NCBI GenBank assembly: GCA_030704615.1
Contig: CM060731.1
Coordinates: 1 to 64,000 of the forward strand
Length of the DNA stretch: 64,000 bases
Origin: Takakia lepidozioides
Taxonomy: Eukaryota; Plantae; Bryophyta
Reading direction: 5' to 3'
Shown here: positions 25,301-38,490 of the stretch, in pieces
Position numbering within the stretch: the first letter of the stretch is position 1
Layout of the letters: every line of letters begins with the position of its first letter
Position numbers and translations under genes: made by a program
Notes under the pieces: model-generated
What the model saw: the letters and a program-made list of their open reading frames with translations, nothing else
Databases searched by the model: none
What the model was told of the DNA's origin: nothing

Positions 25301-26836
25301 GCCGAATACCGATGGTCTCCAGCTTGCCAGGAATCATTTGATTCACTAAAAAGGGCACTCACAACAGTACCAATTCTAATAAATCCAATATGGGATCTAC
25401 CATTTCATGTACACAGTGATGCATCAGTCATTGTTTTGGGGGCAATTCTGGCCCAGAATGTGACAGGCACAATAGATTCACCAATCTATTATGCAAGATT
25501 GATGACAGCAACTGAGAAGAACTATAGAAAGGGAAGCATTGGCAATGATTTATGATGCTCAAAAGTTTCGGCATTATTTACTGGGCAATCGCTTTAAGTT
25601 TATTGTTGATCATCAGGCTCTAGTTCATTTAGCAAATCGACCACTAGCTAGTGGCAGGGTTGCTCGATGGTTATTACTTCATGAGTATGATTTTGAAGTT
25701 GTTCATAAACCAGGAAGATTACATGTTACAACAGATCATCTATCAAGAATTACTACAGGAGAACCAGCCACAGGAGTAGAGGATCAACTTCCCGACGCAT
25801 TTCTGTTTGCTGTTCAACCAGAAGCACAAGATGAAGAGACAGATCCTCTAGGCGCTTTGGGAGTGTTTCAAGGAGACTATGACCTCCCAAATTCTCTTAA
25901 GTTCATGGATGACACTGATGAAGAAGAAGACTCATCAGATGAAGATGAACCTCTTGATGAAGGACCTATTATTGAGGAATAGCCAGATCCAGAAGAAGAA
26001 GATGACAGGAAAACGAAGAGCCAAATAATCAAGAATTGGCCAATATCAGTATTGGAGCTTATACAATTACCAAAGAAGAATCAGAAGACATTCAGAATCA
26101 AGATCAAGATCCGGACGATTGGCAATGGCCAATCAAATACTATCTGAACACAGGGAAATTTCCTGAAGACTACACCAAAGATGACAGGAGAAAGCTTTCA
26201 ATGAAAAGCAAGCCATACACAGTAATCAAGGGAATTATGTACAAAAGAGGAATTGACTCCATAATGAGAAGATGTGTGAACAAATAACAAGCCAAAACAG
26301 TGATGCAAGAGCTACACGAAGGAATTGCAGGAGGACACTTCAGTTTTGACCTGACAGTAAAGAAGATATTATTAGCAGGTTACTGGTGGCCTACTGTATT
26401 TGGAGACACATATGAACACTGTCAACAGTGTGATGTTTGCCAGAGGATGGGACCAGTAGAATGAACTGGGAAGGGTACTATGCACCCAATACTACCAACA
26501 GAACCATTTCAACGCATAATATCTTGTTGGTAGATTTGGCCTGGCCATTTCCTTGGGGATAGTAAGCAGTGCTCTTGTGATGTACGATCATGAACTCCTC
26601 CGTCATGCATTTTATGGCATCGTTTATAAAATGTGATCCTTGATCACTGACAAATTCCAGTGGGCAACCAAATCGTGTGATGATGTTTTCATATAAGAAT
26701 TTGGCTGTCAACTTGGCAGTGTTGTCTCTTAGCGCCTTGGCCTCTACCCATTTGGTAGTGTAGTCAGTGGCTGTGAGGATGTATTGGTTCTGTGTGTACC
26801 TTGCTGGAGGTTTAATGGGTCCCACAAAGTCTAGTC
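22380..26836. mobile_element. Ty3/gypsy gag-pol, decayed, with internal inverted blocks
   Basis: gag (+, 22380-23010); Zn knuckles (-, ~23015-23200); protease LIDGGSGVN and RT MPFGL/FLDD (-, ~23205-25165); RT thumb, RNase H (HSDAS, VDHQAL) and integrase HHCC (+, 25170-26510); integrase core LDFVGP/SDQG (-, ~26512-26836). Confidence 0.92.
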
Positions 26837-27499
26837 ATGCCCATAGTGTTGTGTTCATTTTGGTGTCCCAATCTGTACGATTGGCATTTACTATCTCGGT
26901 TAAGATATCCATGCAAGGAGGATGGGGAGTGGCTAAAATATTCAGAGGAATACTTTAAAATGATGATAGTCCCAGCCCACCAAATCCCAGAAGTACTAGA
27001 AAAGGTATTCAAAGCCTTAACCCCCTGCAGGTCATTGGGTCAATTGCATCTGCTCAATCAAACTCTCATACCTTTGAGATACAGGATGAGGCCACTGGCT
27101 AGGGAGGAGACATGGTCAGGGGCAGAATTGGCGCCAGGCTCCCCTAGAGTACAAGGAGCTAGTCGCTTACATGTGGACACTGGGGCAATTGAAGATTAAT
27201 CCTACCCCGGCAGTAGACGTTGTAATGGGCTGCCCAAGTTTTTATATTGGCAGTTACTTGTACCGGATGTTCGTCACAATGAGGGGAAGCTGGCAACGCT
27301 ATGAGAGTATTGAAAAAGATACTCACTGGGAATTACCCAAATTCCAGCCACCAGAGAGAGTCTCAGGCACTTCAGCATATACGAACAGACCACTATATGT
27401 TGAAGCATGGACGAGACCGCAAATGTAAATTGGGGTTCATACCATGTGGAATTTCAGAATTGGGATTTTTCATTAGTGGTTCGAAAATTTGCCACAGCC

Positions 27500-27790
27500 A
27501 ATGGCAGTCCGGGTGGGACCGCTGTAGCTGTCGCCCACTTCAAATATAACGTTGGGCGACCGCATAAGCGGTCGCTTGATCGGGTGCGAAATGGGCGGCC
27601 AACTAAAAAACCAAGGAAGAATATCCGCTGCGGTGCCCACATTTTTTTTTTTGAAATAACAGATACCCTGCGGATGGGACCGCAAATGCAAATTCGGACC
27701 GCCGGATGTGGGATTTCATAATTTCTATTTCAGAAACATCTTTCGGAAATTTCGGACCGCCCATGGTGGTCCGGTATTCAGGGGTCCAAA
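27500..27790. repeat. GG(G/C)GACCGC / GCGGTC motif cluster, direct homolog of part of the 40560-41060 array
   Basis: tcgcccacttcaa...gggcgaccgc...cggtcgc occurs at ~27531 and ~40763. Confidence 0.6.
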
Positions 27791-27951
27791 AGGTATGTGA
27801 AATCTATAGATTCGAGGGGTTTGCTATTCTATCAGCTATGTGTGACGTGGATGCGCAAACAGCGGCCACATGACAATATAATATTTTTTCTCGGGCTGCC
27901 CATAATTGTATGCTTGGATTTGTGAGAAACAATAATGAAAAATGACATGGG

Positions 27952-28170
27952 ATTGTACTGACATGCCACCTTTGGTTGCCGAAGATGGAGGCTGAGCGGG
28001 AGAACATAAAGGTAAAAACGAAATAAATGGATGTAAGAAAATAAAAATAAAAATAAAACCAACATTGTACTGACATGCACCTTTGGCTGCCAAAGGTGGA
28101 GGCTGAGCGGGAGAACATAAAGGTAAAAACGAAATAAATGGATGTTGGGTAAAAAAAAAAAAAACCAACA
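27952..28170. repeat. 112-bp tandem duplication
   Basis: attgtactgacatgc at 27952 and 28064. Confidence 0.9.
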
Positions 28171-28651
28171 TGAGATATGGACTTATAACGTGGAAGAATT
28201 TTGCATGTTTTTTAGCCGTTTTAATCTCTAGCTTAGATTATCGTATGCTACGGAAATGTCCAATGATGCTGGTGAAAAATATATATATTTGTTGGACCTA
28301 AGTTGAACGAAGGTAGCTCTTCTGTCCTTGTATAAGGTACTTTTCGCTTTTTGGAATGTGATATTTTATTCAATTTCAAACTCTAAAAATTATTTTTTTC
28401 CGGGCAGGTTCGTTGGACATATTGAAATGTTCTTGTTCACCTTCGTTGATCTTCGTCACCGATGGAATTGCGTTGGTATCTGCACTGGAGGTTGTGGTCT
28501 CACCTGGGTTTGCTTTCTGGCTGAAAACTTAAGCAGTTTGCATACAGCTGTATGCTGTGTGAATTGCTGGATTTTAAACTTCATTTCTTTTTCTTTCACG
28601 GCATCCCGTCTTCTTGTTTTACGTGGTTCATTGAGGGCATGTTTTGGACAC

Positions 28652-29212
28652 CACTAGAAGCATTCGTGTCATTTACCACTGGGGTAACGACTCATTTTGA
28701 GTCGTAAAAGTCAAAAAATTGGGATCGACTGGAAGTTACAAATGACAGTTACAACAGACGTGGTAGTTGGGTTGGACATCCAATGATTGGAGTGGTAAAG
28801 GACGCAGACGCGCGAACAACTGCTCAGCGATTAATGCGATTAATGCTGAAGAACCACGTGGCGTAATCAGGTGGGCCGCCCGTGTGTCTGACCTTTTGGG
28901 CTAACTTTGACTTTTCCCTCCGGATGAGTGGACCGACTCACCGGAGCGCGGTGACACATGGACGCGGACGCGGACGACGATGTGGATGCTGACGTGGCGG
29001 TGCCACGACGAGCAGCACTGCTGCCACGTGGCCACGGGCTCGGGGCGCCACGTGGTAGTAGACCACATAATTTACAGTGCTACATTCCCAGTGGCAATTG
29101 CGACTGCGGAAGTTGGCGCAACCACTGCTTTACTACTTTAAATGAAGTGCTCGAAATTACTTGAACAATCATTCATAATGATTCATGCTTTGAAGTTTTG
29201 GTGTTCGTAGTG
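28652..29212. mobile_element. Short CACTA-ended non-autonomous element or remnant
   Basis: Begins CACTAGAA and ends TTCGTAGTG, with internal CCACGTGG repeats. The 3-bp flanks do not match. Confidence 0.5.
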
Positions 29213-29295
29213 AGTCGACTATACATACGCATGTAATGCCATACAAGAGAACTAATCATGCATTAGAAATGCACAAACGATGAAAGACATGCCAT

Positions 29296-29500
29296 GAAAC
29301 AAAATGAAATGAAAATGAATGAAATGAAACAAAATGGTACTTTATTACATCTGCGGAAAGCTCAAAGAGCTTATGGGACAATATGAAAAAAACAAAGTAA
29401 AAAAGCAGCCCAAAAGCTATTGCTGCTCTGGGGATTGCCTAAGGGTCAAGGCCTCATGCAAGTAAGCTGCCAAGCAGTTCTGATCCTCATAATGCAAGAC
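29296..29500 (-). mobile_element. 5'-truncated LINE 3' end (RTE-like) with (ATTTC)n tail
   Basis: Homologous to 50832-51045. Minus strand ends ...gtaccatttt followed by (catttc)-type repeats. Confidence 0.55.
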
Positions 29501-29519
29501 TTCAGTGAGTTCCACGGAA

Positions 29520-30600
29520 TAGACCATCTACCCATGGAGGTTTCTTGTAGTTATTGATCCACACGGAATCATATGTAATCTTGTGCTTGAAATTTGGCCC
29601 TCTAGGATGAATCTGGACCCACACTCTATCCCTGCTCAGCTATCCATGCCCCTGCACAAATCATGCATTCATCCTTGCCTTGCTGCTAGGAGCTAACAAT
29701 GACAGCCTAGATTTGTTCAGCTAAGAAACACCCAACTCAACTTATCACACTAGTTCTTATGCTCAATTGCGTCTGCTACTCTCTGAAATATAGCAGGCAT
29801 TCACCTTTTTGCCTCGGTTGTCCCATCATTGACTGGGGGCAGAAAAGTATTCATTCCACAGCTTCTCCTCATGTCTGTTACTTGTTTTTTGATACTTTCC
29901 TGTTGTCACATAGCAGTATCATGTCAAAGTCACTCCAAACTAGATTCACTCAACCAGCTAACTTGCAAAATTCAACATGGAAATTTTGGGCCGATTCTGA
30001 TAAGAGGGAAAAACAAGGTGAAATGTGCTGAAGAAGATGTCTTTATTAACAATGTCTGATTTTATCAATTGTGCCGTTGCTGCCAGTTGACCATCTACCC
30101 ATGCAGGTTTTCTTGTAGCTTCATAGTTAATCTGGAGCTTGAAGTCCGGCCCTCCTGGGTGAATCTGCACCCACACTCTATCCCTGCTCCTTCAGCTATT
30201 CATGCCTCGCACGAATCATGCATACAACCTTGCCTTGTTGCTAGCAGTTGACGATGACAGCCTATACTTGTTCTAGGAAGCACCCAACTCAACTTATCAC
30301 ACTAGTTCCTACGCTCAATTGCATCTGCTACTCTCTATAATCCAACAAACATTCACCTTCTTGCCTCGATTGTCCCACCATTGACTGGGGTCAGAAAAAT
30401 ATTCATTCCACAACTTCTCCTAGTCTGTGTTACCTGTTTCTGATACTTTCCGGTTGTCACATTGGCAGAATTATGTCAAAGTCACTCCAAACTATCAAAA
30501 CTTCACTCAACCAGCTAACTTGCAGAATTCAGACATGAATAATTAGGGGCGATTCTAATAAGAGGGGAAAACAAGGTGAAATTGAAGAAGGTACCTTCAT
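29520..30600. repeat. Two tandem ~565-bp units of unknown origin (further partial copies at ~31395-31570 and ~40395-40465)
   Basis: gaccatctacccatg at ~29522 and ~30089. Shared gaatctg(g/c)acccacactctatccctg. Confidence 0.85.
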
Positions 30601-30764
30601 TAGCAGTCATTAGCACATAACTATGAAAGCTATCAAAACATAACTGTTCTAAAGCCAGACATTTCAACACACGTTTATGGATGAAACCCATGAAAAGCAC
30701 TTTGCAAAACTACAAAACTTACAAAACACCTCTCAAACCAACCGTCCAAACAACAAGAACCATT

Positions 30765-31394
30765 CTAGATGATACACACTTTGTTTGCCGTATCCAATGC
30801 ATCATAATTAGTTGTCAGCCTTACATAAGCCTTCTCTAGTCCATCAGGCCTGTTGCACAAAATTGCAAGCCCAGAGGTAAGAATACATGTAATAAGCACC
30901 CAAAGGGGAATAGTCCCTGCTCTACCAAGCCAGCCTTGAGGTTCCATTCTAAGCTTGAGATTGCGACTTGACACAGCTAACAACAATCATGTCAGCTGAT
31001 TGAGTGTTCCTGAAGATCTTGAAAATAATCAATCATGGTAATCTCAGGTTGTCGCCCACACAATAAGAGAGGGTGTGATGGTAACTCAGGCAGGGCTACT
31101 CCAACCCTACATGACAAGTGGATTCTGTTTCAGAGTGAAAAGGATAGCGTAGCATTCTCGCAGACAAAGAATTGGTATGCTCTTGAGAAAACGAGCGGTA
31201 TACTTTGTGAGGGGACTGCTTCTCATCCAAAGGCACTATAGCTTGTGGATGTACCATCATGCCTACCATGACAAAGAGGTGAGAATCTGTGAAAAGCCTC
31301 ACGTCAGCCATGAAGACAACATATTCAGTCCAGATCATACCTTATCAAAGTGTTAATCTTCTTTGTCTGGATGTCAATCGTACATCTTCTTCAC
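30765..31394 (-). pseudogene. RPL23A: 60S ribosomal protein L23a (uL23) 3' fragment, two exons with intron
   Basis: VKKMYD-IQTKKINTLI|gtatg (31394-31341, with a small insertion), intron 31340-30850, then [28 protein letters not shown]. Confidence 0.9.
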
Positions 31395-31639
31395 TTGAAA
31401 TCCGGCCCTCTTATGAATCTGGACCCACACTCTATCCCTGGTCCTTCAGCTATCCATGCCTATGTACAAACCATGAATACATCTTCAGCCTTGCTGCTAG
31501 CAGCTGAAGCAGCTGACACTGACGGCGTGAAGTTCTTCGAGGAAACACCCCAACCCTACCTACAACAACATGTCAAAATCACTACGAAACCACCATAGAT
31601 TCACCAACGAGCTTCTCCACATCTACGTTATCTATTTTT

Positions 31640-32790
31640 GGATAATTCCTGCTGCCACATTGGCAATAACTCCAAGTTAGGCTTCAGGGCAGTGTTCGGG
31701 CTGACATCTAGTACATTTCCAGCTTTGACTATGTCACCATGAACCAGTAAACAGATGCAAAAGCAAAGGACAATGTAATTGCTCCATGCTTGTAAGCCCC
31801 CAAGCATTTCTGATCCTCGTAATGGGAGTAGACCTAGAGGGGGTTGTGTCCAAAACTGTAGAGGTTTGGTGCCCAAAGACTGTCCTCGAAAATGAGGTTA
31901 GACATAAACTACCCTAGACTTGTTTTCAATCTATGACAAGAGCAAAGACCCGATCTCATGATCTCAGCAAACACCCCTTTATAATGTCACCATGGACCTT
32001 ATAATTTTCCTTTTCTAAGGCTGCCAAGCTTGCACATACAATGCGCATTGCAAACACAAAGAAACCTGATGTGGTCAATGGGCTAAACACACCTTAATTC
32101 ATGCACCATTTGCTTAGAGGTCTTCAAGGACTCCATCCCATTGTACATATCCTGCAATCATGGGCTCCATGATCATACCACATTTCGTTCAGCCATATTG
32201 TTGAACACTCCCTTTGCATCCTTGATGCACCCACATTTGGCATACATGTCTATATAAGGGTACTATTCAGAATGACATATGGTACAATTCCAGCTTTGAC
32301 GATGTCACCATGGACCTCTTTGCCTTCTTGGCCTCGACCCGGCCAGGCTGCACTCCTTCCCACAACATTTGCTCATATGTCTCCAATTCCTCTTTGAGCT
32401 TGGCATACATCTCCACAAGAGTATTGTTCATAATGAAATCTGCCACAATTCCAGCTTTGACGATGCAGCCATGGATCTCTTTGCCCTTCTCCAGCAGGCT
32501 CGCACATGCACTACAAACACAAACAAACATAATTTGTGGTCGGACTTCACCCCCTCCCAAACCATTTGCTCATAGGTCTCCAAAACTTGCAATCCCCGCC
32601 CCTGTTGTGCATGTCCTGCGATCAGCACGTTCCACGACACCACATTTCGCTCAGCCATATTGTTGAACACTCCTTGTCCACAAGAGTATTGTTAAGAATG
32701 ACATCTGCCACAATTCCAGCTTTGACGATGCAACCATGGACCTCTTTGCCCTTCCCCAGCAGGCTCGCACATGCACTACAAATGCAAACA
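31640..32790 (-). pseudogene. PLS-class PPR fragments (tandem, frameshifted)
   Basis: ERNVVSWNVLIAGHAQQG, FVCVCSACASL, GKEIHGCIVKAG, NTLVEMYAK. Confidence 0.9.
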
Positions 32791-33909
32791 AAACTGGTTG
32801 TGGCAAACTGGGAGCAATATGTGTCAGAAGAAACCACTGATACAAATCTACAGCTTACAAGCTGTCTCTATCCTCAAAATTGGCAGCACATCACCCGCTG
32901 CTATGACATATATTGCCCTAACTGCCATCCCCCAAGATGCTACCCCCACCAGACTTCTCTCACTTGGGTCCTTGCAAGGCTGACTTCCAGCTCTGACTCT
33001 GTGCGTGGGGCTTATCGGACAACATACACCAGCAAGCCCTCCCCCTATCCTGCATCAACTCATCTCAGTCTTATCAAGGTGTCATCACAGATGGAGACCC
33101 TGGAAAATGCCTTTGCCTAGGAGATGAAGAACATTAGGCAACTAGAAACGTGGGGGGCTGCATATGCTCTGCAGTCAACTTGGCTTGTTGAATGCTTGCA
33201 TAAGAGATGAGGGGTTGTTGTCAGTACACGACATTGAGTTCATCAAATCCTACAACAGCCCACCATCGCTGCCCACTGCTTACAAATTGCCACAAAATCA
33301 GTTTCACAGAACTTACAGATGATTGGTGGTTGGCAAGGCCCCTCGCCATGGGCCAGATTAATTGTATGTTGCAGCCCAAAACAACGACGGGAAGTCATCT
33401 AGGGCAGCAAACCCCATCTTGGCAGAGTCTTTTGTGTGAGAGAAGTTAAGCTGAACCTGCTCATCATATTGAGTGGGATGGACCAGATGTAAAGCTGCCA
33501 AGTCAACCACACTCATATTCGCACTCAAGCAACATAAGCTGGAGCCATTTTCAGATTATGAGTACCCGTGTTTTAAGAATACTCCTTCTTCAACTTGTGG
33601 TGAACGGGCAGAAAACTTCACAATGTGCAACAGATTAATGGACCAAGATGCGGAGCTGAATTGGGTATCCAGTTGGGCGATGCTGGTTTCAAAACCCCGT
33701 TCCATCCCTGCGTTTTGAAGATCTGGCTTGAATGGGCACACTCCGGCAGTGGAAGGCTCACGGGAGTAGTAAGTAATGAGTTGGGCTGATATGCATGCTG
33801 ACATGTCATGCCGGTGCAAAGAACAACGCTCTGAGTGGTGATTGTGATCTCAAAATCTGCCCCTGCATTCAAGCTGATTTCTCTCTCGAGCAGAGCCGCC
33901 TTGTGGTTA

Positions 33910-34500
33910 GCTAAGCAAGGTCATGGTGGAGAGGCATTTGAACTCTTTGAATGTAATGTGGTCGGACTTCACCCCCTCCCACATCAACTGCTCATAGGTC
34001 TCCAAAACCCGCAATCCCCGCCCATGTTGTGCATGTCCTGCGATCATCACGTTCCACCACACCATATTTCGCTCAGCCATATTGTTGAATACTCCTTGTC
34101 CACAAGGGAATGCTCCTACGTTTGGCATACATGTCGACGAGGTATGTTACATCTGGTACAGTTCCAGCTTTGACGATGTCACTATGGACCTCTTTGCCCT
34201 TTACCAGGGCTCCAAGTCTCCAGGGCTGCCAGGTTTGCACATGCATTGCAAACACAAATGAACGTGACCCGGTCAGGCTGCTCCTCTTCTCGCAACATTT
34301 GCTCATATGTCTCCAATGCCCTCATCCCGCACACATGGCCATATCTTGCGAGATTCAGTGTGTTCCATGAGACAATATCTCGTTCAGCCATGTTATCAAA
34401 CTCTCCCTTCGCAACTTCATAGGTCTCCAAAGCCTCCATCCCACGTCCCTGCTGTGCATACCCTTCAAGCATCACACTCCACGACACTACATATCGACAA
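33910..34500 (-). pseudogene. PLS-class PPR fragments
   Basis: VVSWSVMLEGYAQQG, PDRVTFICVCNACANL, LVDMYAK. Frameshifts present. Confidence 0.88.
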
Positions 34501-35399
34501 AACAAGCTGAAATAGGTCGAAGAAGAAGGTGCCCTCACCACATTGTCCTCTACCTTGTGTCATGACCCATTGCGGATTAAACTGACCATGAACCCAAGAA
34601 GACCTCTTGTGCGTGCTGCTTGTATCTGTAGTCAGGTAATGTGGGATTGGTCCGTAAGAACCACCACGGTGCAGCTGAGTGGGCAGAGATTAAAATATGG
34701 GCTGCTAAGACCAAGCTGATTCCCCCAAGGACCTTGTGATCATCAGGAAGAATACCAAATCATGGTACAAAGGGGAGCCAAGAGCCCACATTTGCACATA
34801 AATGCTTGCAACAATAGGACATGGGCCTTGATTTGGTCTTCGTCCTTCCTGCATCACTTGCTCGTCTCTCTCCCAAGCCTTCATCCCTCTCCCAACACTT
34901 AGACAAATTCAAGCAAAGGACAAAGTTACTCTTCCACCCTTAGATCATTTTACATCCGACGATTGGAACAATCTCTACGAGCCACACAAGCCCTAAAATA
35001 CATTAAAATATTCCACATCATGAGCCATGTGGAGCACTTATAAAAATTCCATTTTCGAATAGGGTGTGCAATGAATGCCTAGTTGTTAAAAGTCGTTCTC
35101 TACTGCTTAAAACCACTTGTAATTGCTATTTAAAAATAAATAAAATTTACATAATTGAATTAAATCACCGCGAATATTGCGCCGACTACGGAGTCATTGA
35201 TGCAACTTCTATCCGCCATTAGAAATGCGAATTTATCCGTTACGACTGTGAAGTAGTAACAAACATCTCAAAGTTGTACTCTCAGTGGTTTTGGACATGT
35301 AGTCGATTCGGAAAAGACACGAATGCTTCTAGTGCACATATTTTGTCTCCTTTCCCACAAATCTGTTGAATATGCTTTGTTTCCAGGTGGCAACTAGAC

Positions 35400-36630
35400 A
35401 GCAATCCCATTTCCTCTAGGCTAGCGGAAACAGCTGGGCCGATCGTCAGTCATAACTGCAGTGGCACCATGTGAAATATCTCAGCTTCATCGGAGGGTGC
35501 CATGACCACCATGTTGGGTAAGCAGGCCATGAATGTCACAGCAAAGGCTCCACAGTGGGTTGGACCATCAGCTCCCACAAGGCCTGCCCTGTCCATGGCA
35601 AATCTCACCGGCAACTTTGCAAGTCCACATCATGCACAACCTGCCAACCGGTTATGATTCCATCAGAACTCCAGCCACATGCCTGAAGTTGGTCGTTGTT
35701 CAGCAACTAAAAAAACGGGGAGTCTACCAAGCCAGAGAAACACACGTGACTTCTAAAAAATTGTGAAAATCAAGTGAACAGAGACAAACAGATGAACAGA
35801 GAGATTGTACCTGGTCATAAGCACGTTGAAGAGAGGAGGAATAGATGGTGCATAAGGGTTTTAACTCCTCACATGCTAGACCTGCAGCAAATGTGACCCC
35901 ATGCTGCTCTGCAATCCCAACATCAAAGCATGGGTCTGGAAATCGCTTAGCAAACATGTTCATGCCAATACCGCCCCCCATGGCAGCATGGATCCCAATT
36001 ATGGTCTTGTCAACCTCTGTTTCAACAATCAGTGCTTCGGCAAAGTAAGTTGTGTACAGGCTTGTGTCAGAGGCCTAATTTTATGCTACTTACCAGTTGC
36101 TGGGTCGAACTTCACAACACATGTCAGACATTGCAACCCTTGAATTAATAAAAATACTCAGTCATTTATATGGCTCAAGATATAGAGTTAAAATGTTGCA
36201 CCAGTACCTTACTATCGCACTTCACACAACAAAGTGACCACTTTAAGTAAGTTGTTCCTAGTTGCAATATGTTTTCCTTTGAAATCTATCATCAACGGAA
36301 CAAGTCTTGGACATACCAGCAATTCAGTGTACAGGAAAAACAATTTTGAGCTTACAATGATATTTATCAGCAGCTCTCTCAGCATATGGGTACCCACGCC
36401 CTTTCTCGGTGACAATGTGTATCAGCACAGGTCCAGTTGTGTGTGTTGCCTTCACCTCCCGCAGTAAAGTCACTAGATCATCAATGTTGTGGCCATCCAC
36501 AGGGCCAATGTAATAGAGCCCTAGCTCTTCAAAAAGAGTAGATCCTGACCCACTGATCATACCACATGCATACTCATCTACTTTGGAGGTCATCATATGC
36601 ATTGGCCCTCCGAGTTGCTTGGTCACCCCC
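35400..36630 (-). pseudogene. DXS: 1-deoxy-D-xylulose-5-phosphate synthase internal fragment with introns
   Basis: [41 protein letters not shown]|intron|[28 protein letters not shown]. Stops and frameshifts; termini missing. Confidence 0.95.
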
Positions 36631-37389
36631 TGTTGAAGTTAGAGTTTTAGAAGCCAAAAAGACCCACTAGGAGCTCTCTAGATTTGAGAATAACCCATCA
36701 AATCTCATTTCCTTCAGTTTATTATCATTGATCATGGAGTCAGACACAAGGCCACAGCCAACGACATCTAAAGAGTACATATTATCTTTTCAACAAGACT
36801 TTTACACAATATCATATCAAGTGTTTGGAGGTAAAATTACTTTCGACATTCTCCAACTGTGCCAATGTTTGTTGGATAGATTGGGCCACTCATGACTATG
36901 ACATGGTGGCCCTGCCCTCTCCATTGCGTACCCTAACGGAACCAGTGTTGAAGTGAGTAGTGTGATGATGTAGGCGGAGTCCTGTCAAGGATTGCCCACC
37001 ATACTAACACGATGGCTACCAGTAAACTGCAAGCTCCCTACTCAGTAATGAATTTCTTGGGGTTGAAGACACTCAGTCATGAATTTATTGGGGCTGAAGA
37101 CACTCCACTCTGAAGATGAAAGTGGCACTGAGTGTTCTAGAACAACTCTACTGTTGAAGTGTTTCCAAGAACATGCATGAGGAGTCTACGAAAAGAGTCT
37201 GGGTGTGCTGAGCCTATCAGCTTTCCCCCCTCTCCTCCATCACTATGTCTTACCAAATGTGACATCACATTTCCTTGAGCATTCCCAACATGTTAGATAC
37301 AAGGAGCAGGATCACACCAACCTCCCAACTGGATTCCATCATAAGAAGAAACAAAACCTACGTGAATGGCTCCAGGGTGTACGCTTAGA

Positions 37390-38490
37390 CATACACGAAA
37401 GACAACTTGGCTATTGTGGCCGTGACTCATTCTGCATCTTCATCTCCATCTTCATGACGAACAGAGCATGTGCCAACGCTGCATTGTTCATCTTCATCAT
37501 GAACATTGCTGCGTTGGCACATGCTCTGTTCGTCACCTTCCTCTCCAGGAAAGCAAACAATAGAAAGACTCCAATGCAATCTGCATTCAAAAATCAGAAC
37601 CCTCTATCTATTGAGGATGCTGACTGCGCACTGTATGCCTTTCCATGCGTGCCTGTGGGAACAGTCGCCCCCCACAGAACAAACACCCAGCGGTGTCAAT
37701 GCACCCAGCAGAAAACCAAGCTTGTGCAACACTAATGAAGGCAGAATAGACCATGCAAATTAACAGTTCAGACATTATTGGAAAATTCCAACACTTGCTT
37801 CTATCTTCTCAAATCTAGGACAACTCTGGTAAACAACAATGTAAAGCAGAAACCACAATAACTTCTGTATCTACCCATCATAGATATGTATCTCATAATA
37901 GGCAGATGCATCTCCCTCCACTTTAAAATGCTACATCTGAAGAAAATCATCTGTAGAGACATTATATATAATATAGGCTTCCAGCAACAAATAAGTAGTA
38001 AGAACAGTGTGTCACTAACGGGAAGTATACCTGCCCAGCTACTACTTCACTCAGTTTCTTGTAGAAGAAGCTGTTGAAGAAGTGGAGTCGTTTTGCTGTC
38101 CCAAACCACGGGCTTCTGGTCTCTGAATGTACCTACGACAGTCAGGTTATATACACTTTAGTTAATGAAATCTGACAAAAAGTCTCCCATTGAACCTCAA
38201 AGCAACACTTTCCATTCTTTACACAAACAAGCCACTGCTTACCATCTACCACCACGATGGGTTACACAAATATCAACCTCCACATGACCATCCACTCATC
38301 TCGACCTTGCAGTCCTGAAGACAATTTGTTTGCCAGAGTAAATAAAAAGTTCATACCCCGTTGTTGAACTTTGGCCCACAGAATTGAAACGTGGTTGATG
38401 TAGAAGTCACTCATTCAAGCATACTCCTGCGGTGCCAACCGTTGAAGGTCCGAGTAGAGAACTTCAACTTCCGGATCAGAACCCTCTATC
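37390..38490 (-). pseudogene. Ulp1/OTS-like SUMO protease (C48) fragments with introns
   Basis: DPEVEVLYSDLQRLAPQEY..LN..DFYI (~38490-38395); HFFNSFFYKKLSE exon (~38130-38032); LHWSLSIVCFPG (catalytic His, exon from 37580); MSHGHNSQVVFR. Confidence 0.8.
37455..37535. repeat. 81-nt fold-back: 37-bp stem (25 bp perfect, then 12 bp with 2 mismatches), 7-nt loop
   Basis: tgacgaacagagcatgtgccaacgc ... gcgttggcacatgctctgttcgtca. Confidence 0.95.

Noticed and set aside
26837-27430. Extra ORF downstream of the gypsy integrase
   Set aside because: Fragmented, with no recognisable domain.
28652-29212. Intact CACTA insertion with TSD
   Set aside because: Flanks cac and agt do not form a 3-bp TSD and the TIR match is short. 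Kept only as a low-confidence remnant.
32790-33900. Additional captured gene between the PPR blocks
   Set aside because: No translation in any frame could be recognised.
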